From Pristiophorus japonicus (Eukaryota): 64,000 bases of DNA. Below, piece after piece: positions 1 through 11,947 of the stretch (within the stretch, counting starts at the first letter, position 1; every line of letters starts with the position of its first letter). Location: assembly GCF_044704955.1 (NCBI RefSeq), contig NC_091995.1:26474001-26538000 (forward strand), given 5' to 3'. The notes below the pieces were generated by a model that saw only the letters and a program-made list of their open reading frames with translations, had not been told where the DNA came from and ran no database searches. Made by a program: the position numbers and the translations under genes.

Positions 1-2986
1 CACTTGGTCCCAGAGGCACGACGCATTCACCACAAGGCGCGAGCGGTAGCTCACATGATGAGGAAGAGAGTGGAAATCGAGCTGGACAGACTGCAATGCG
101 AGGGCATCATCTCCCCAGTGGAATTCAGCGAGTGGGCCAGCCCGATTGTTCCAGTACTCAAAAGTGATGGCACGGTCAGGATTTGCGGCGATTATAAAGT
201 TACTATTAATCATTTCTCGCTACAGGACCAATACCCGCTACCTAAGGCAGACGACCTATTTGCGATGCTGCCAGGAGGCAAGACATTCACCAAGCTAGAC
301 CTGACTTTGGCCTACATGACGCAGGAGCTGGAGGAATCTTCGAAGGGCCTCACCTGCATCAACACGCACAAGGGACTGTTCATCTATAACAGAGGCCCAT
401 TTGTAATTCAGTCGGCTGCAGCGATCTTCCAGAGAAACATGGAGGGCCTACTCAAGTTGGTACCACTTTTTCAGGACGATATATTGGTCACGAGTCGGGA
501 CACTGTTGAGCACCTACAAAACCTGGAGGAGGTCCTCCAGCAACTGGATCGTGTAGGGCTGCAGCTGAATAGGTCAAAATGCATCTTCATGGCAACAGAA
601 GTGGAGTTTTTGGGGAGAAAGATCGCGGCGGACGGCATTCGGCCCACAGACACCAAGACAGAGGCTATTAGGAATTCGCCCAGGCCACAGAACACCACGG
701 AGCTGCGGTCATTCCTGGGACTCCTCAAATATTTTGGTAACTTCCTACCGGGGTTAAGTACCCTTTCAGAGCCCCTACATGTGTTATTGCGCAAAGGTGA
801 GAACTGGGTATGGGGAAAAAAACAAGTAATTGCTTTTGAGAAGGCCAGAAACAACAAGCTGCTTGTATTGTGTAACCCGTGTAAAAGACTTGTGCTAGCA
901 TGTGACGCATCGTGACATGGAGTCGGATGTGTATTATAACAAGCTAACATTGCGGTGAAGTTGCAACCTGTCGCTTATGCTTCCAGGAATTTGTCTAAGG
1001 CCGAGAGGGCCTACAGCATGATTGAGAAAGAGGCATTAGCGTGTGTGTTCGAGGTAAAGAAAATGCATCAGTACCTGTTTGGCCTCAAATTTGAGCTGGA
1101 AACCGATCACAAGCCCCTCACATCCCTGTTCGCTGAAAACAAGGGGATAAATACGAATGCCTCAGCCCGCATACAAAGGTGGGCCCTCGCGCTATCAGCG
1201 TATAACTATACCATCCGCCACAGGCCAGGCACCGAGAACTGTGCGGATGCTCTCAGTCGGCTACCATTGCACACCACGGGGATGGAAATGGCGCAGCCTG
1301 CAAACTTGTTGATGGTGGCGCAGCCCGCAGACTTGTTGATGGTCATGGAAGCATTTGAAAATGATAAATCAGCTGTCACGGCCCACCAGATTAGGACTTG
1401 GACCAGCCAAGATCCTCTGCTGTACCTAGTAAAAAAACTGTGTACTGCATGGGAGCTGGGCCAGCATCCCCGTTGAAATGCAAGAGCCAATCAAGCCGTT
1501 CCAGCGGCAAAAGGATGAGCTGTCCATTCAGGCAGACTGCCTGTTGTGGGGTAACCGCGTAGTGCTACCCAAAAAGGGCAGGGACATGTTCATCTCGGAT
1601 TTCCACAGCACACACCCGGGTATAGTAATGATGAAAGCGATAGCCAGATCCCACGTGTGATGGCCCGGTATCGACTCTGACTTAGATTCCTGTGTACGGC
1701 AGTACAGCGTATGTGCTCAGTTGAGCAATGCGCCCAGAGAGGCACCACTAAGTTTGTGGTCCTGGCCCTCCAGACCATGGTCGAGGATCCATGTCGACTC
1801 TGCGAGTTCGTTTCTCGGTAAAATGTTCCTGGTGGTGGTGGATGCTTTTTCAAAATGGATTGAATGTGAATTAATGTTGGGAAGCAGTGCCACTGCCACC
1901 ATTGAAAGCCTGAGGGCCATGTTTGCCACCCATGGCCTGCCTGACATACTGGTCAGTGACAACGGGCCATGTTTCACCAGTGCCGAATTTAAAGAATTCA
2001 TGACCCGCAATGGGATCAAACATGTCACCTCGGCCCCATTTAAAGCAGCCTCCAATGGGCAGGCAGAGCCGGCAGTACAAACCATCAAACAGCGCCTTAA
2101 ACGAGCCACAGAAGGCTCACTCCAAACCCGCCTGTCCCGAATACTGCTCAGCTACCGCACGAGACCCCACTCGCTCACAGGGGTGCCCCCGGCTGAGCTA
2201 CTCATGAAAAGAACACTTAAAACCAGACTCTCGCTGGTTCGCCCCAACCTGCATGATCAGGTAGAGAGCAGGCAGCAGCAACAAAAAGTAAACGATGGTC
2301 GCACCACTGTGTCACGGGAAATTGATCTGAATGACCCTGTGTATGTGCTAAACTATGGACATGGTCCCAAGTGGATCACGGGCACGGTGATAGCTAAAGA
2401 AGGGAGTAGGGTGTTTGTAGTTAAACTAGACAATGGAAAAATTTGCAGAAAGCACCTGGACCAAACGAGGCTGCGGTTCACAGACTGCCCTGAACAACCC
2501 ACAGCAGACACCACCTGTTTCGAGCCCACAACACACACCCAAAGGATCAATGACACCACGCCGCACCAGGAAATCGAACCCATCACGCCCAACAGCCCAG
2601 CAAGGCCAGGCTCACCCAGCAGCCCTGCAGGGCCAATAACACACCAGCCCAGCGAGGGCACAGCCAACACACCAGAACAGACATTTGTACCGAGGCGGTC
2701 CACCAGGAAAAGAAAGATTCCCGACCGCCTCACCTTGTAAATAGTTTTCACTTTGACTTTGGTGGGGGGGAGTGATGTTGTGTATCTGTAAAGCATGCAC
2801 TCCCATGTTCCGCCACCAGGGAGCACATCCCCTGAAGTCCCAAAGGAACCCAGCTTCCCTTGGGAGCACTGTATATAAGCCGGTCCCAAAGGCCTGTTCC
2901 TCACTCTGGAGTGTCTTATTAAAGACTGAGGTCACTGTTACTTTAACCTCCCTGTGTGCAGCCTCATCTGTGTTAGGAACACAATA
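1..2986 (+). mobile_element. Ty3/Gypsy LTR retrotransposon, 3' half (degenerate pol: RT-RNase H-integrase, PPT, 3' LTR)
   Basis: ORFs 4-915 (WASPIVPV, RICGDYK, KLDL, FQDD), 955-1476 (RNase H: PVAYASR, EKEALA, ETDHKPL) and 1478-2740 (integrase: HSTHPG zinc-finger remnant, WSRIHVD, LVSDNGPCF, SNGQAE, GPKW). RT-RH-IN order is the Gypsy order. Stops and frameshifts lie between the ORFs. Confidence 0.95.
2776..2986 (+). repeat. 3' LTR (~211 bp) of the Gypsy element
   Basis: Preceded by a purine tract GGTGGGGGGGAGTGA. Begins TGTTGTGT and ends ACACAATA (one mismatch from the perfect inverted ACACAACA). Contains TATATAA (~2872) and ATTAAA (~2918). Confidence 0.85.
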
Positions 2987-3768
2987 TCTATAATTACCTG
3001 TTTTCACTCTCCCTCCTTTCTTTAAAAGTGGTGATACATTAGCTACCCTCCAGTACATAGGAACTGATCCGGAGTCTATAGACTGTTGGAAAATGATCAC
3101 CAATGCATCTATTATTTCTAGAGCCACTTCTTTAAGTATGCTGGGATGCAGACTATCAGGCCCCAGGGATTTAGTAGCCTTCAGTCCCATTAATTTCCCT
3201 AACACAATGTCCGCCTAATAAGGATTTCCTTCAGTTCCTCCTTCTCACGCGACCCTCGGTCCCCTAGTATTCCCGGAAGGTTATTTGTGTCTTCCTTCGT
3301 GAAGACAGAACCAAAGTATTTGTTCAACTGGTCTGCCATTTCCTTGTTCCCCATTATAAATTCACCTGAATCTGACTAGAAGGGACCTACGTTTGTCTTC
3401 ACTAATCTTTTCATCTTCACATAACTATAGAAGCTTTTGCAGTCAGTTTTTATGTTCCCAGCAAGCTTCCTCTCATACTCTATTTTCCACCTCCTAATTA
3501 AACCCTTTGTCCTCCTCTGCTGAATTATAAAATTCTCCCAGTCCTCAGGTTTGCTGCTTTTTCTGGCCAATTTATATGCCTCTTCCTTGGATTTAACATA
3601 ATCCTTAATTTCCCTTGTTAGCCATGGTTGAGCCACTTTCCCCGTTTTATTTTTACTCCAGTCAGGGATGTACAATTGTTGAAGTTCATCCATGTGATCT
3701 TTAAATGTTTGCCCCTATCCACCGTCAACCCTAAGTATCATTCACCAGTCTATTCTAGCCAATTCACC
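2987..3768 (-). mobile_element. CR1 LINE ORF2 fragment, interrupted by the Gypsy element
   Basis: Minus-strand peptides GPDSLHPSILKE, WRVANVSPLLKKGGRVKTGNYR and QPWLTREIK. The sequence stops at GNYR exactly where the LTR ends. Confidence 0.9.
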
Positions 3769-4176
3769 CAGGTGTGATAGGATGAATGGTCTCCTTCTGT
3801 GCTGTAAGATTCCATGATTTGGGGAGTTGGATTAATCTCTGTCCTGTCGTTGCTCGCTGCGAATGGTTCCAGTGTGGACCGAGCAAATGTTGTAGCTGTG
3901 ATGTTTAAACAGATAAACTGACGGGAACGGGACAAGAAGATGTTCACCACTGAAGGAATTGCGAGTATATCTGGGCATCTCAACACATGCTCTTCCATTC
4001 AACTGAGCCTCATCAGTTCATTCGGCACTGTCACAATCATCTCTCTCTTTCCATGATCTCTCTCTTCCTTCTGTGCTTTCTTTTTCTCTTTCTCCATCCC
4101 CTTTTCACAATACACCCTCTCTATTTATTTTTATTTTTCGTTTCATACACTCTCTCCCCTTTCTGTTCTCTCTTCT

Positions 4177-4410
4177 TTACCCAGAGAGTGGTGAGAATGT
4201 GGAACTCGCTACCATAGGGAATGGTTGAAGAGAATAGTATCGATACATTTATGGGGAGGCTAGACAAGCAAATGAGGGAGAAGGGAATAGAGGGGTGTGC
4301 TGATAGATTTGGATGAGGAAAGACGGGAGGAGGCTCGAGTGGAGCATAAACACCAGCATGGACTGGTTGGGCCGAATGGCCTGTTTCTATGTCGTATTTC
4401 CTGTGTAATG
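4177..4410 (+). mobile_element. CR1 LINE 3' end fragment
   Basis: FFTQRVVRMWNSLP motif followed by the CR1-type 3' UTR (GGCCGAATGGCCT). Confidence 0.8.
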
Positions 4411-4699
4411 CAATGCCAAGTAATCATCTCTCTCTCTCCATTTATGTGCTCTCCCTCTTTTCTGTTCTGTCTCCCTCTTCCGTACGTTCTCCCGTTCTCT
4501 TCGTTCTCCTTTTTCTGTGCCCTCTCCACATTCGTTTCATCTCCCTTCTCCATGCTCTGCCTCCCTTTACCATTCTTTCACCCATTCGGTCCTCTCTCCC
4601 TTTTCTGTTCTCACTCCCTCTTCCATTCTCTTCCCCTCTTCCGTGCTCGTTCCCATTCTCTCTGGCCCTTTCAGCGCTCTTTCTCCCCTGTCTGTTTCT

Positions 4700-4757
4700 A
4701 TTCTCTCGCTCTCGCTCTCTCTCTCTTGCTCTCTCTCTCTCTCTCTCTCTCTCTGTC
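4700..4757. repeat. (CT)n microsatellite within a pyrimidine-rich tract
   Basis: Direct reading. Confidence 0.9.
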
Positions 4758-5259
4758 ATACAGACACAAATAGAGACAGAAAGCAATCGCTGGGCCCACC
4801 ACAGAATAATTGATTTTACAGCCATCTGGTGGCAGGAAGGTGTTCGGAGACCTCAGGGCCCAGGGAGAGGAGGCAGCACTCACTGCAAACAAAGATTCAT
4901 TTTAACCCATTAAGTAGAGGGTCAGCTGCAAGTGAAGCTGGGCTCAACCAACTTGATGGCTTGGTGGGTGAATATGCTGCCCAGTAGGGTAATGAAACCA
5001 TTCAGATCAACAAGGTTTGATCTCTGGTCAGTGGAGAGTGAGCTGATCATAGCCAGGGCAACGAGGGATCTTACAGCTGTTCCCAGTACTGGGAAAGCTG
5101 CTACAGGCCTCTGTCAAAGCTGCTCGATTAATGACAAACCAGACGGGAAGAGAGAGCAGCCTGTGGTGACTAGTTTCCCAGTATTCTTCCCTCCGATCTA
5201 CACATCACACCGTGCTGCGGCCAAGACACCAAAGAAACCTTGGAACGGACACTCTGACC

Positions 5260-5580
5260 TCTCACTCCACTGCAGAGACTTGAGTACAAAAATCCAGGCT
5301 GACACTCGAGTGCAGTGCTGAGGGAGCGCCGCACTTTCAGAGGTTCCATCATTCGGATGAGACATTAAATGGTTGTGGGCCGCCATGTTTCTTTGTCTCC
5401 CGACTCGAACGTCTGCCCCCTCAGGTAGACGTGAAAGATCCCATGTCACTAGTTTGAAGAAGAGCAGGGGAGTTATCCCCAGTCTCCTGGTCAATATTTA
5501 TCCCTCAATCAACATAACAAAAACAGATTATCTGATCATTATCACATTGCTGTTTGTGGGAGCTTGCAATGCGCAAATTG
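5260..5580 (+). mobile_element. DeuSINE-type SINE (SacSINE1/AmnSINE1-like central domain), partial
   Basis: GCTGACACT..GTGCAGTGCTGAGGGAG..GGATGAGACATTAAA..AAAGATCCCATG..GAAGAAGAGCAGGGGAG core, shared with the copies at 5640-6078, 42760-43065 and 49665-50110. Confidence 0.75.
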
Positions 5581-5639
5581 TAGAGTTGTTCAAAATTATG
5601 AAAGTTTAGATAGAGGAAACAAAGAGAAAGAATGGAAAA

Positions 5640-6078
5640 AAGAGTTGCATTTATATAGCGCTTTTCTCAACCACTGGACATCTTAAGGCGCATTGCAGAC
5701 ACTAAAGTTCTTTTGGAGTGTAGTCACTGTTGTAATGTGGGAAACGCGGCAGCCAATTTGTGCACAACAAGCTCCCACAAACAGCAATGTGATAATGACC
5801 AGATAATCTGTTTTTGTTATGTTGATTAAGGAATAAATATTGGCCAGGACACTGGGATAACTTCACTGCTCAATCAAAATAGTGCCATGGGATCTTTTAC
5901 TTCCACCAGAGAGCAGATGGGGCCTCGGTTTAACATCTCATCCGAAACATGGTAATTCTGACAGTGCAGCACTCCCTCAGCACTGCACTGGGAGTGTTAG
6001 CCTAGATATTTGTGCTCAGGTACCTGGAGTGGGACTTGAACCCACAACCTTCTGACTCAGAGGTGAGGGTGCTACCCC
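5640..6078 (-). mobile_element. DeuSINE-type tRNA-headed SINE, near full length
   Basis: Reverse complement of the same core, with B-box (GGTTCAAGTCCC on minus, ~6031-6042) and L2-type tail GCGCTATATAAATGCAA. Confidence 0.8.
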
Positions 6079-6139
6079 TCACTGCATAACACACACTGAC
6101 ACTCACTCCATGACACACGCTGCCCCTCATTACATATCA

Positions 6140-7595
6140 TTGAAAGTAATTAATATAGATGTACCCATGCTTAAACGCAATAAATACATTTTCACCCATC
6201 CCTTCAAATCAATAAATACATTTGTCCCCTTCCCTTTAAATCAATAAATAAATTTGCACCCATCACTTTCAATCAATAAATACACGTGCAACCTTCCCTT
6301 TAAATCAATCAATAAATTTGCACCCATTCCCTTTAACTCAATAAATAAATTTGCACACAAAATTAATTAATACATTTGTACCCATCCCTTTGAATCAATC
6401 AATATGTTTGCAACCTTCCCTTTAAATCAATAAATAAAGTTGTGTCCTTCCCTTTAAATCAATAAATACATTTGTACCCACATCCTTTAAATCAATAAAT
6501 ATGTTTGCTGCCTTCCCTTTCAATCAATAAATAAAAGTTCACCCATCCCTTTAACTCAATAAATACATTTTCACACAAAATTAATTAATACATTCATACC
6601 CATCCCTTTAAATCAATCAATATGTTTGCAACCTTCCCTTTTAAACAATAAATAAATGCACACCCATCTCTTTAATCAATAAAAAAATGTGCATCCATCT
6701 CTTTAAATGTATAAAAACATTTGCAACCTTCTCTTTAAATCAATAAATAAATGTACGCCCATCCCTTTAATCAATAAATAAATTTGCAATCTTCCCTTAA
6801 AGTCAATAAATACATTTACAACCTTCCCTATAAATCAATCAATGAGTGTGCACCTATCCCTTTAAATCATCAATATATTTGCACCATACCTTTAAATCAA
6901 TACATATTTTTGCACTGACCCTTTAAGTCAATAAATAAATGTGCAACCATCCCTTTAAGTCAATAGATAATGAGCACCCATCTGGTTCAATCAATAAATA
7001 AATGTCCACCCATTCCCTTTAAATCAATAAATAAGTTTGAAACTTTCCCTTTAAATGAATACATAAATTTGCAACCTTCCCTTTAAATCAATCATTAAAT
7101 GTACATACATCCCTTTAATCAATAAATAAATGTGCACCAGCCCTTTAAATAATATACTTGCATTCTTCCCTTTAAATCAATAAATATATTTGTACTATCC
7201 ATTTAAATCAATTAATATTTTACACTCTTCCCGTTAAATTAATAAGTAAATGTGCACCCATCCATTTAAATTAATAAATGAATGTGCAACCTTCCCTTTA
7301 AATCAATTAATATTTTTGCACTCTTCCCTTTAAATCAATGAATAAATGTGCACCCATCCCTTTAAGTCAAGGAATAGAATTGTGCCCTTCCCTTTAAATA
7401 TGTAAATAAATGTGCACCCATCCCTTTAAATCAATAAATTAATGTGCAACATTCCCATTAAATCAATAAGTAAATATGCACCCATCCCTTTAAATTAATA
7501 AATAAATTTGCAACCTTCCCTTTAAATCAATAAATAAGTTTGAAATCTTCCCTTTATAACAATAAGTAAAATTGCACCCTTCCCTTTAAATCAAT
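6140..7595. repeat. AT-rich minisatellite, ~32-bp unit (CCCTTTAAATCAATAAATAAATTTGCACCCAT), about 45 degenerate copies
   Basis: Direct reading of the recurring CCCTTTAAATCAATAAAT motif at ~32-bp spacing. Confidence 0.9.
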
Positions 7596-7930
7596 GTGCC
7601 TGTGAGAAAGTTCTTCAGAAAGAATTGCTCTTGCTCGCCATCTAATGGCAGGATGTATTCACATGTTTGCAGCTGCTAGAATATGGACAATAGAATAGAG
7701 AGCAGGAATAAACAACAGTGACGGCACTTCAGAAGGACTTCATTGGAAACAAAGCGCTTGGGACGTCCTGAGGTCATGAAAGGTAAGTCTCTCTTTCCTA
7801 TTCTTGACAAGGACAACAACTGGGATCGATTGAAACTCGAAATGGAGAAGTGAGGAGAAGTCTTGATGAACAGTTGCTATTGATCACGAGATGGTCTCTT
7901 CTGGTTCCTGTCAACTGTCAAAACAAGGTT

Positions 7931-8536
7931 TGCCCAACATTGCCCCTTTAATTTACACCACTGATTTTTTACCTGGTTATTCCGCCGGGAGCGATGAGGC
8001 AGCCTTCAGATCGATTTTCGGCACTTCAAAGTTTTTTTGATGTTGGACCGGTGGGGGCAGAAGTGCGGCGGTAAGTCCTGCTGAGGGGCTGAAGTTGGGG
8101 CGGGATCGAGTCTCCACCACTGTCACTCAGCGGCGGAGCAGTGATGATGTCACTGTGCGTGTGTGTCACCACACTCTCTCCGCTCCGGTAAAGGGGAGAC
8201 AATCGGGGATTTTTGAGCTTCGGCCACTGGGCCATCAGAGACGGTTTCGCCCGGGGCAGTGGCCTGGCACCCAAGAGGGGATGCCAGGCTGCCTGTTGGC
8301 AGTTGAGATTGGGTCTGAGTGTCCTGGAGGTGAGGGATAGCAGCAGTACGTGTTTTGATGACAAGCCCGTGGCGGTCAGCAGCAGCGTGGCAGCAGTGAG
8401 CACAGGCTGAAAAGTTCCCCGAGGTGAATTTTGACGGGGCGGCCCATGGACTGGATGGCAGCGGCCACTCGATTCCGCTACATGGCCGCCGCAAAACAGC
8501 GGTAATGGGCCTTATAGGGACCCTGTATTTCGGCCC
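7931..8536. mobile_element. Possible non-autonomous Harbinger-like (MITE-type) element
   Basis: Left end ATTGCCCCTTT (7939-7949) is the reverse complement of 40849-40859. Right end ATTTCGGCC (8527-8535) equals 40858-40866, the presumed terminus of the Harbinger element. Interior is GC-rich and non-coding. Confidence 0.4.
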
Positions 8537-8974
8537 TGGTGTATATTGTGCCAGCATAGCTGCCCTCACATCAGTTTGTAAGGCTGTGGCTGATTGTACT
8601 CACCTGGGCTGCGAGTGGGGAGTCTTGTTTGCCGGGATCGCCTATTGGTAGGTCGTGGGGAAGTGCCCATGATTTCCCAATCTGTGTTCTAGGCGGGTGA
8701 GGGTTGATAAAAGTCACAACCGTGACTTGATAAACCCGACCCTGTTATAATAATACATGCGCGCACACACACACACACACTACCTACATTGCGCCAGGCG
8801 CAAGGAACCAATCATGATAACTGCAGCACTGGAAGCTCTTAAGGCAGGGAAAAGCCCCAAGCTCATTTTGGCATCCTGGCAGATTGGAGAAAGGGGCAAA
8901 CAGGAGCAGGAGGCGCCCTTGAGCCCTTCATCCAAGCGGCGCACCAAATAAAATAGCAGAGACCAGGCATGAAA

Positions 8975-10037
8975 TGGGTGATTTTCAGGTTGGCAAACTG
9001 TAACTAGTGGGGTGCCACAGGGATCAGTGCTGGGGCCTCAACTACTTACAATCTATATTAATCACTTGGATGAAGGGACCGAGTGTAATTTAGCCAAATT
9101 TTCTGATGATACAAAGATAGGTGGGAAAGCTAGTTGTGAGGAGGGCACAAATAATCTGCAAAGAGATATAGATTGGCTCAGTGAGTGGGCAATATTTGGC
9201 AGATGGAATATAATGTGGGAAAATGTGAGGTTAAGAAAAGGTGACGGTAGGAAAAATAATAAAACAAATGATTAATTAAATGGAGAGAGATTACAAAATG
9301 CGGCAGTACAGAGGGATCTGGAGGTCCTTGTACATGAAACACAAAAAGTTAGCATGCAGGTACAGCAAGTAATCAGGAAGGCAAATGGAATGTTGGCCTT
9401 TATTGCAAGGGGGATAGAGTATAAATGTAAGGAAGTCTTGCTACAACTGCACACGATGTAGGTAAGACCACACCTGGAGTACTGCGTCCAGCTTTGGTCT
9501 CCTTATTTAAGGAAGGATATACTTGCACTGGAGGCAGTTCAGAGAAGGTTCACGAGGTTGATTGCTGAGATTGAGGGGTTGTCATATAAAGAAAGGCTGA
9601 GCAGGTTGGGCCTGTACTAATTGGAGTTTAGAAGACTGAGAGGTGATCTTCTTGAAAAATATAAGATTCTGAGGGGGCTTAACAGGGTAGATGCAGAGAG
9701 GTTGTTTCCCCTCATGGGGGAATCTAGAACTAGGAGGCATAGTTTCAGAATAAAGGGGTCACCCATTTAAAAAGGAAATGAGGAGGAATTTCTTCTCTCA
9801 GAGGGTCCTGAATCTTTGGAATTCTCTACCTCAGAGAGCTGTGGAGGCTGGGTCATTGAATGTATTTGAGGTGGAGATAGACAGAATTTTGAAAGATAAG
9901 GGAGTCAAGGGTTATGGGGAGCGGGTGGGGAAGTGGATTTGAGGCCAGGATTAGATCAGCCATGATCTCATTGAATGGTGGAGCAGGCTCGAGAGGCCGA
10001 ATGGCCTACTCCTGCTCCTATTTCTTAAGTTCTTATG
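8975..10037 (+). mobile_element. CR1 LINE, 5'-truncated (RT C-terminus and 3' UTR)
   Basis: [26 protein letters not shown], and tail CCTACTCCTGCTCCTATTTCTT. Confidence 0.92.
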
Positions 10038-10221
10038 GAGGTGGCACAGCGAATCAACACTGCCTCCTTGAGTCATAGGAGCAGATTAGCAGAGTATCCT
10101 CCCCCAATCTCGCTACTCTATGGATATAAGATGCATGGCTCAAGGTGTTTACTAACCACTTAGTGCAGTTTCACTGAGACAGTAATCAGCACTTTAACAT
10201 ATTCACTTGCCTGTTTTACTT

Positions 10222-10545
10222 AATTCATTCTTGGGATGTGGGCATCGCTGGTAAGGCCAGTATTTATTGCCCATCCCAAATTACACTTGAGAAGGGGTGG
10301 TGAGCAGCCTTCTTGAACTGCTGCAGTCCATGTTGTGAAGATACTCCCACAGTACTATTAAGGAGGGAGTTCCAGGATTTTGACCCAGCGACAATGAAGG
10401 AACGGCTGATATATTTCCAAGTCGATATTGTGTGTGACTTAGAAGGGACTCGGAGGTGATGGTGTTCCCATGCGCCTGCTGCCCTTGTCCTTCTCGGTCG
10501 CGGGTTTGAGAGGTGCTGCAGTGCATCTTGTAGCCAGTACACACT
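10222..10545 (-). mobile_element. 3' fragment of a second non-LTR retrotransposon family (CR1/L2 group)
   Basis: Minus peptide SFIVAGSKSWNSLLNS..QQFKKAAHH. The same 3' end occurs at 46740-46945 (+). Confidence 0.7.
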
Positions 10546-11947
10546 GCATGTCCATGAAGGAGAGCAAGTGGAGTTGACAGTCAAGGAGCAGAAAGCTCAA
10601 GTCCGCATTCAACTGCTGAGCTCAGAGATTGGGAGCTCAATGCATACAAATGAAACTTACTGAGTGTCAGTGATTCACACAATCATTTGAGTGTCTGCCA
10701 ATCACTCTGCAAGGCCTGGAGTGACTGTGGAGGTATTCACCAGCACCATGTGTACAATAATGCATGACCATTCAACTAAATTGTAAACACAAAGTCATTT
10801 AAATAGGAGCCTTCATGGATGGGATCTAACTTGTCAATGGGATGGATATGTTGGAATTGAAGGACAACTAATGTGTTACTTGATTTGGCATTCATTATGT
10901 CTAACAGTGTGAGGCAAAGACAAAGTGAAAAGGATGGGTTATAATGTCAAGCCAGGACAGTGCCAATGCCCAGAGGTCACAGGTCAGAGGTCACAAGTCA
11001 ATACTCCTCACCTTGCAATCAGATTTGGTCACTGTGACATATGGGGACATTCCAGGTTGGTATAGAGGATGGAGACGATTGGTCCTCGGCTATAGTGGAA
11101 AGATCGGAGAGGAATGCCCTGTTAAGCTGTGGCTCTTCAGCCTGATGAACCTCCCAGATGGAAACCTAAGGAGGTAGATAACATACTTAGAAAGATCGAG
11201 AAAACATTCCAGCAACCAAAATTTCAAACACTCCGAGGCAGCGGAACAGAGAGGGACAGGGTCAGGGAACAGCGGGAACAGAAATGTGGAGGTATTTCTT
11301 TACACAGAACAGTTGGAGTGAGGTACAAGGGAGGGTGGGTGAGGGCAGGACTTTGGGTTTATTGAAGGGACAGTAATTGCAATGAGGAGATGGTAGGGTC
11401 AGTATGTCGAAAGATTGCATCAATGGGGAAAAGGATTTCCATCCAAAGGGATCATGTGACCTTGTGGCCCTGACTCACTGGTATGGCAGGGTACGGTGGT
11501 GTGGCTCCCTAATGTAAGACAACTCCTCAATACAATCAATATAAAGTCATCATTCACTGCAGTTATACGTCATTTCACCAGGTAGTGTGGGGCCATGGGG
11601 GCCGCAAGAGTAGCATTTCCATTTTGCTGTTAATTCCTACCTCATGCCTGCTCGCAAAACCGCACATATCATGGAGTATTTCCAGCACTGAGTACAATTG
11701 TGAGGCTAACATTTAAAAATAGTTTGGAACATTTTCCTCTGGAATTAGATTTGGAAAGCATCATAACACTGGGGGGGTTTTGGAAGGAAGCTGGATCAAC
11801 ATAATTATAGATAATCAATAACGCAGCTTCCTAGCCTGGAGAGTTACTTATCCCACCGGTGTGAGGGAACATAAGAAAAAAGAGCATAAGAACATAAGAA
11901 ATAGAAGCAGGAGTAGGCCATATGCCCCTTAAACCTGTTCAGCCATT

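Noticed and set aside
4297-4913. Hydrophobic ORFs resembling membrane proteins
   Set aside because: Products of CT-rich low-complexity sequence; likewise the Cys/Val-rich ORFs over the (TG)n tract at 46548-46910.
10560-11860. Short ORFs in apparently unique sequence (10944-11365)
   Set aside because: No recognisable domain or convincing exon structure.
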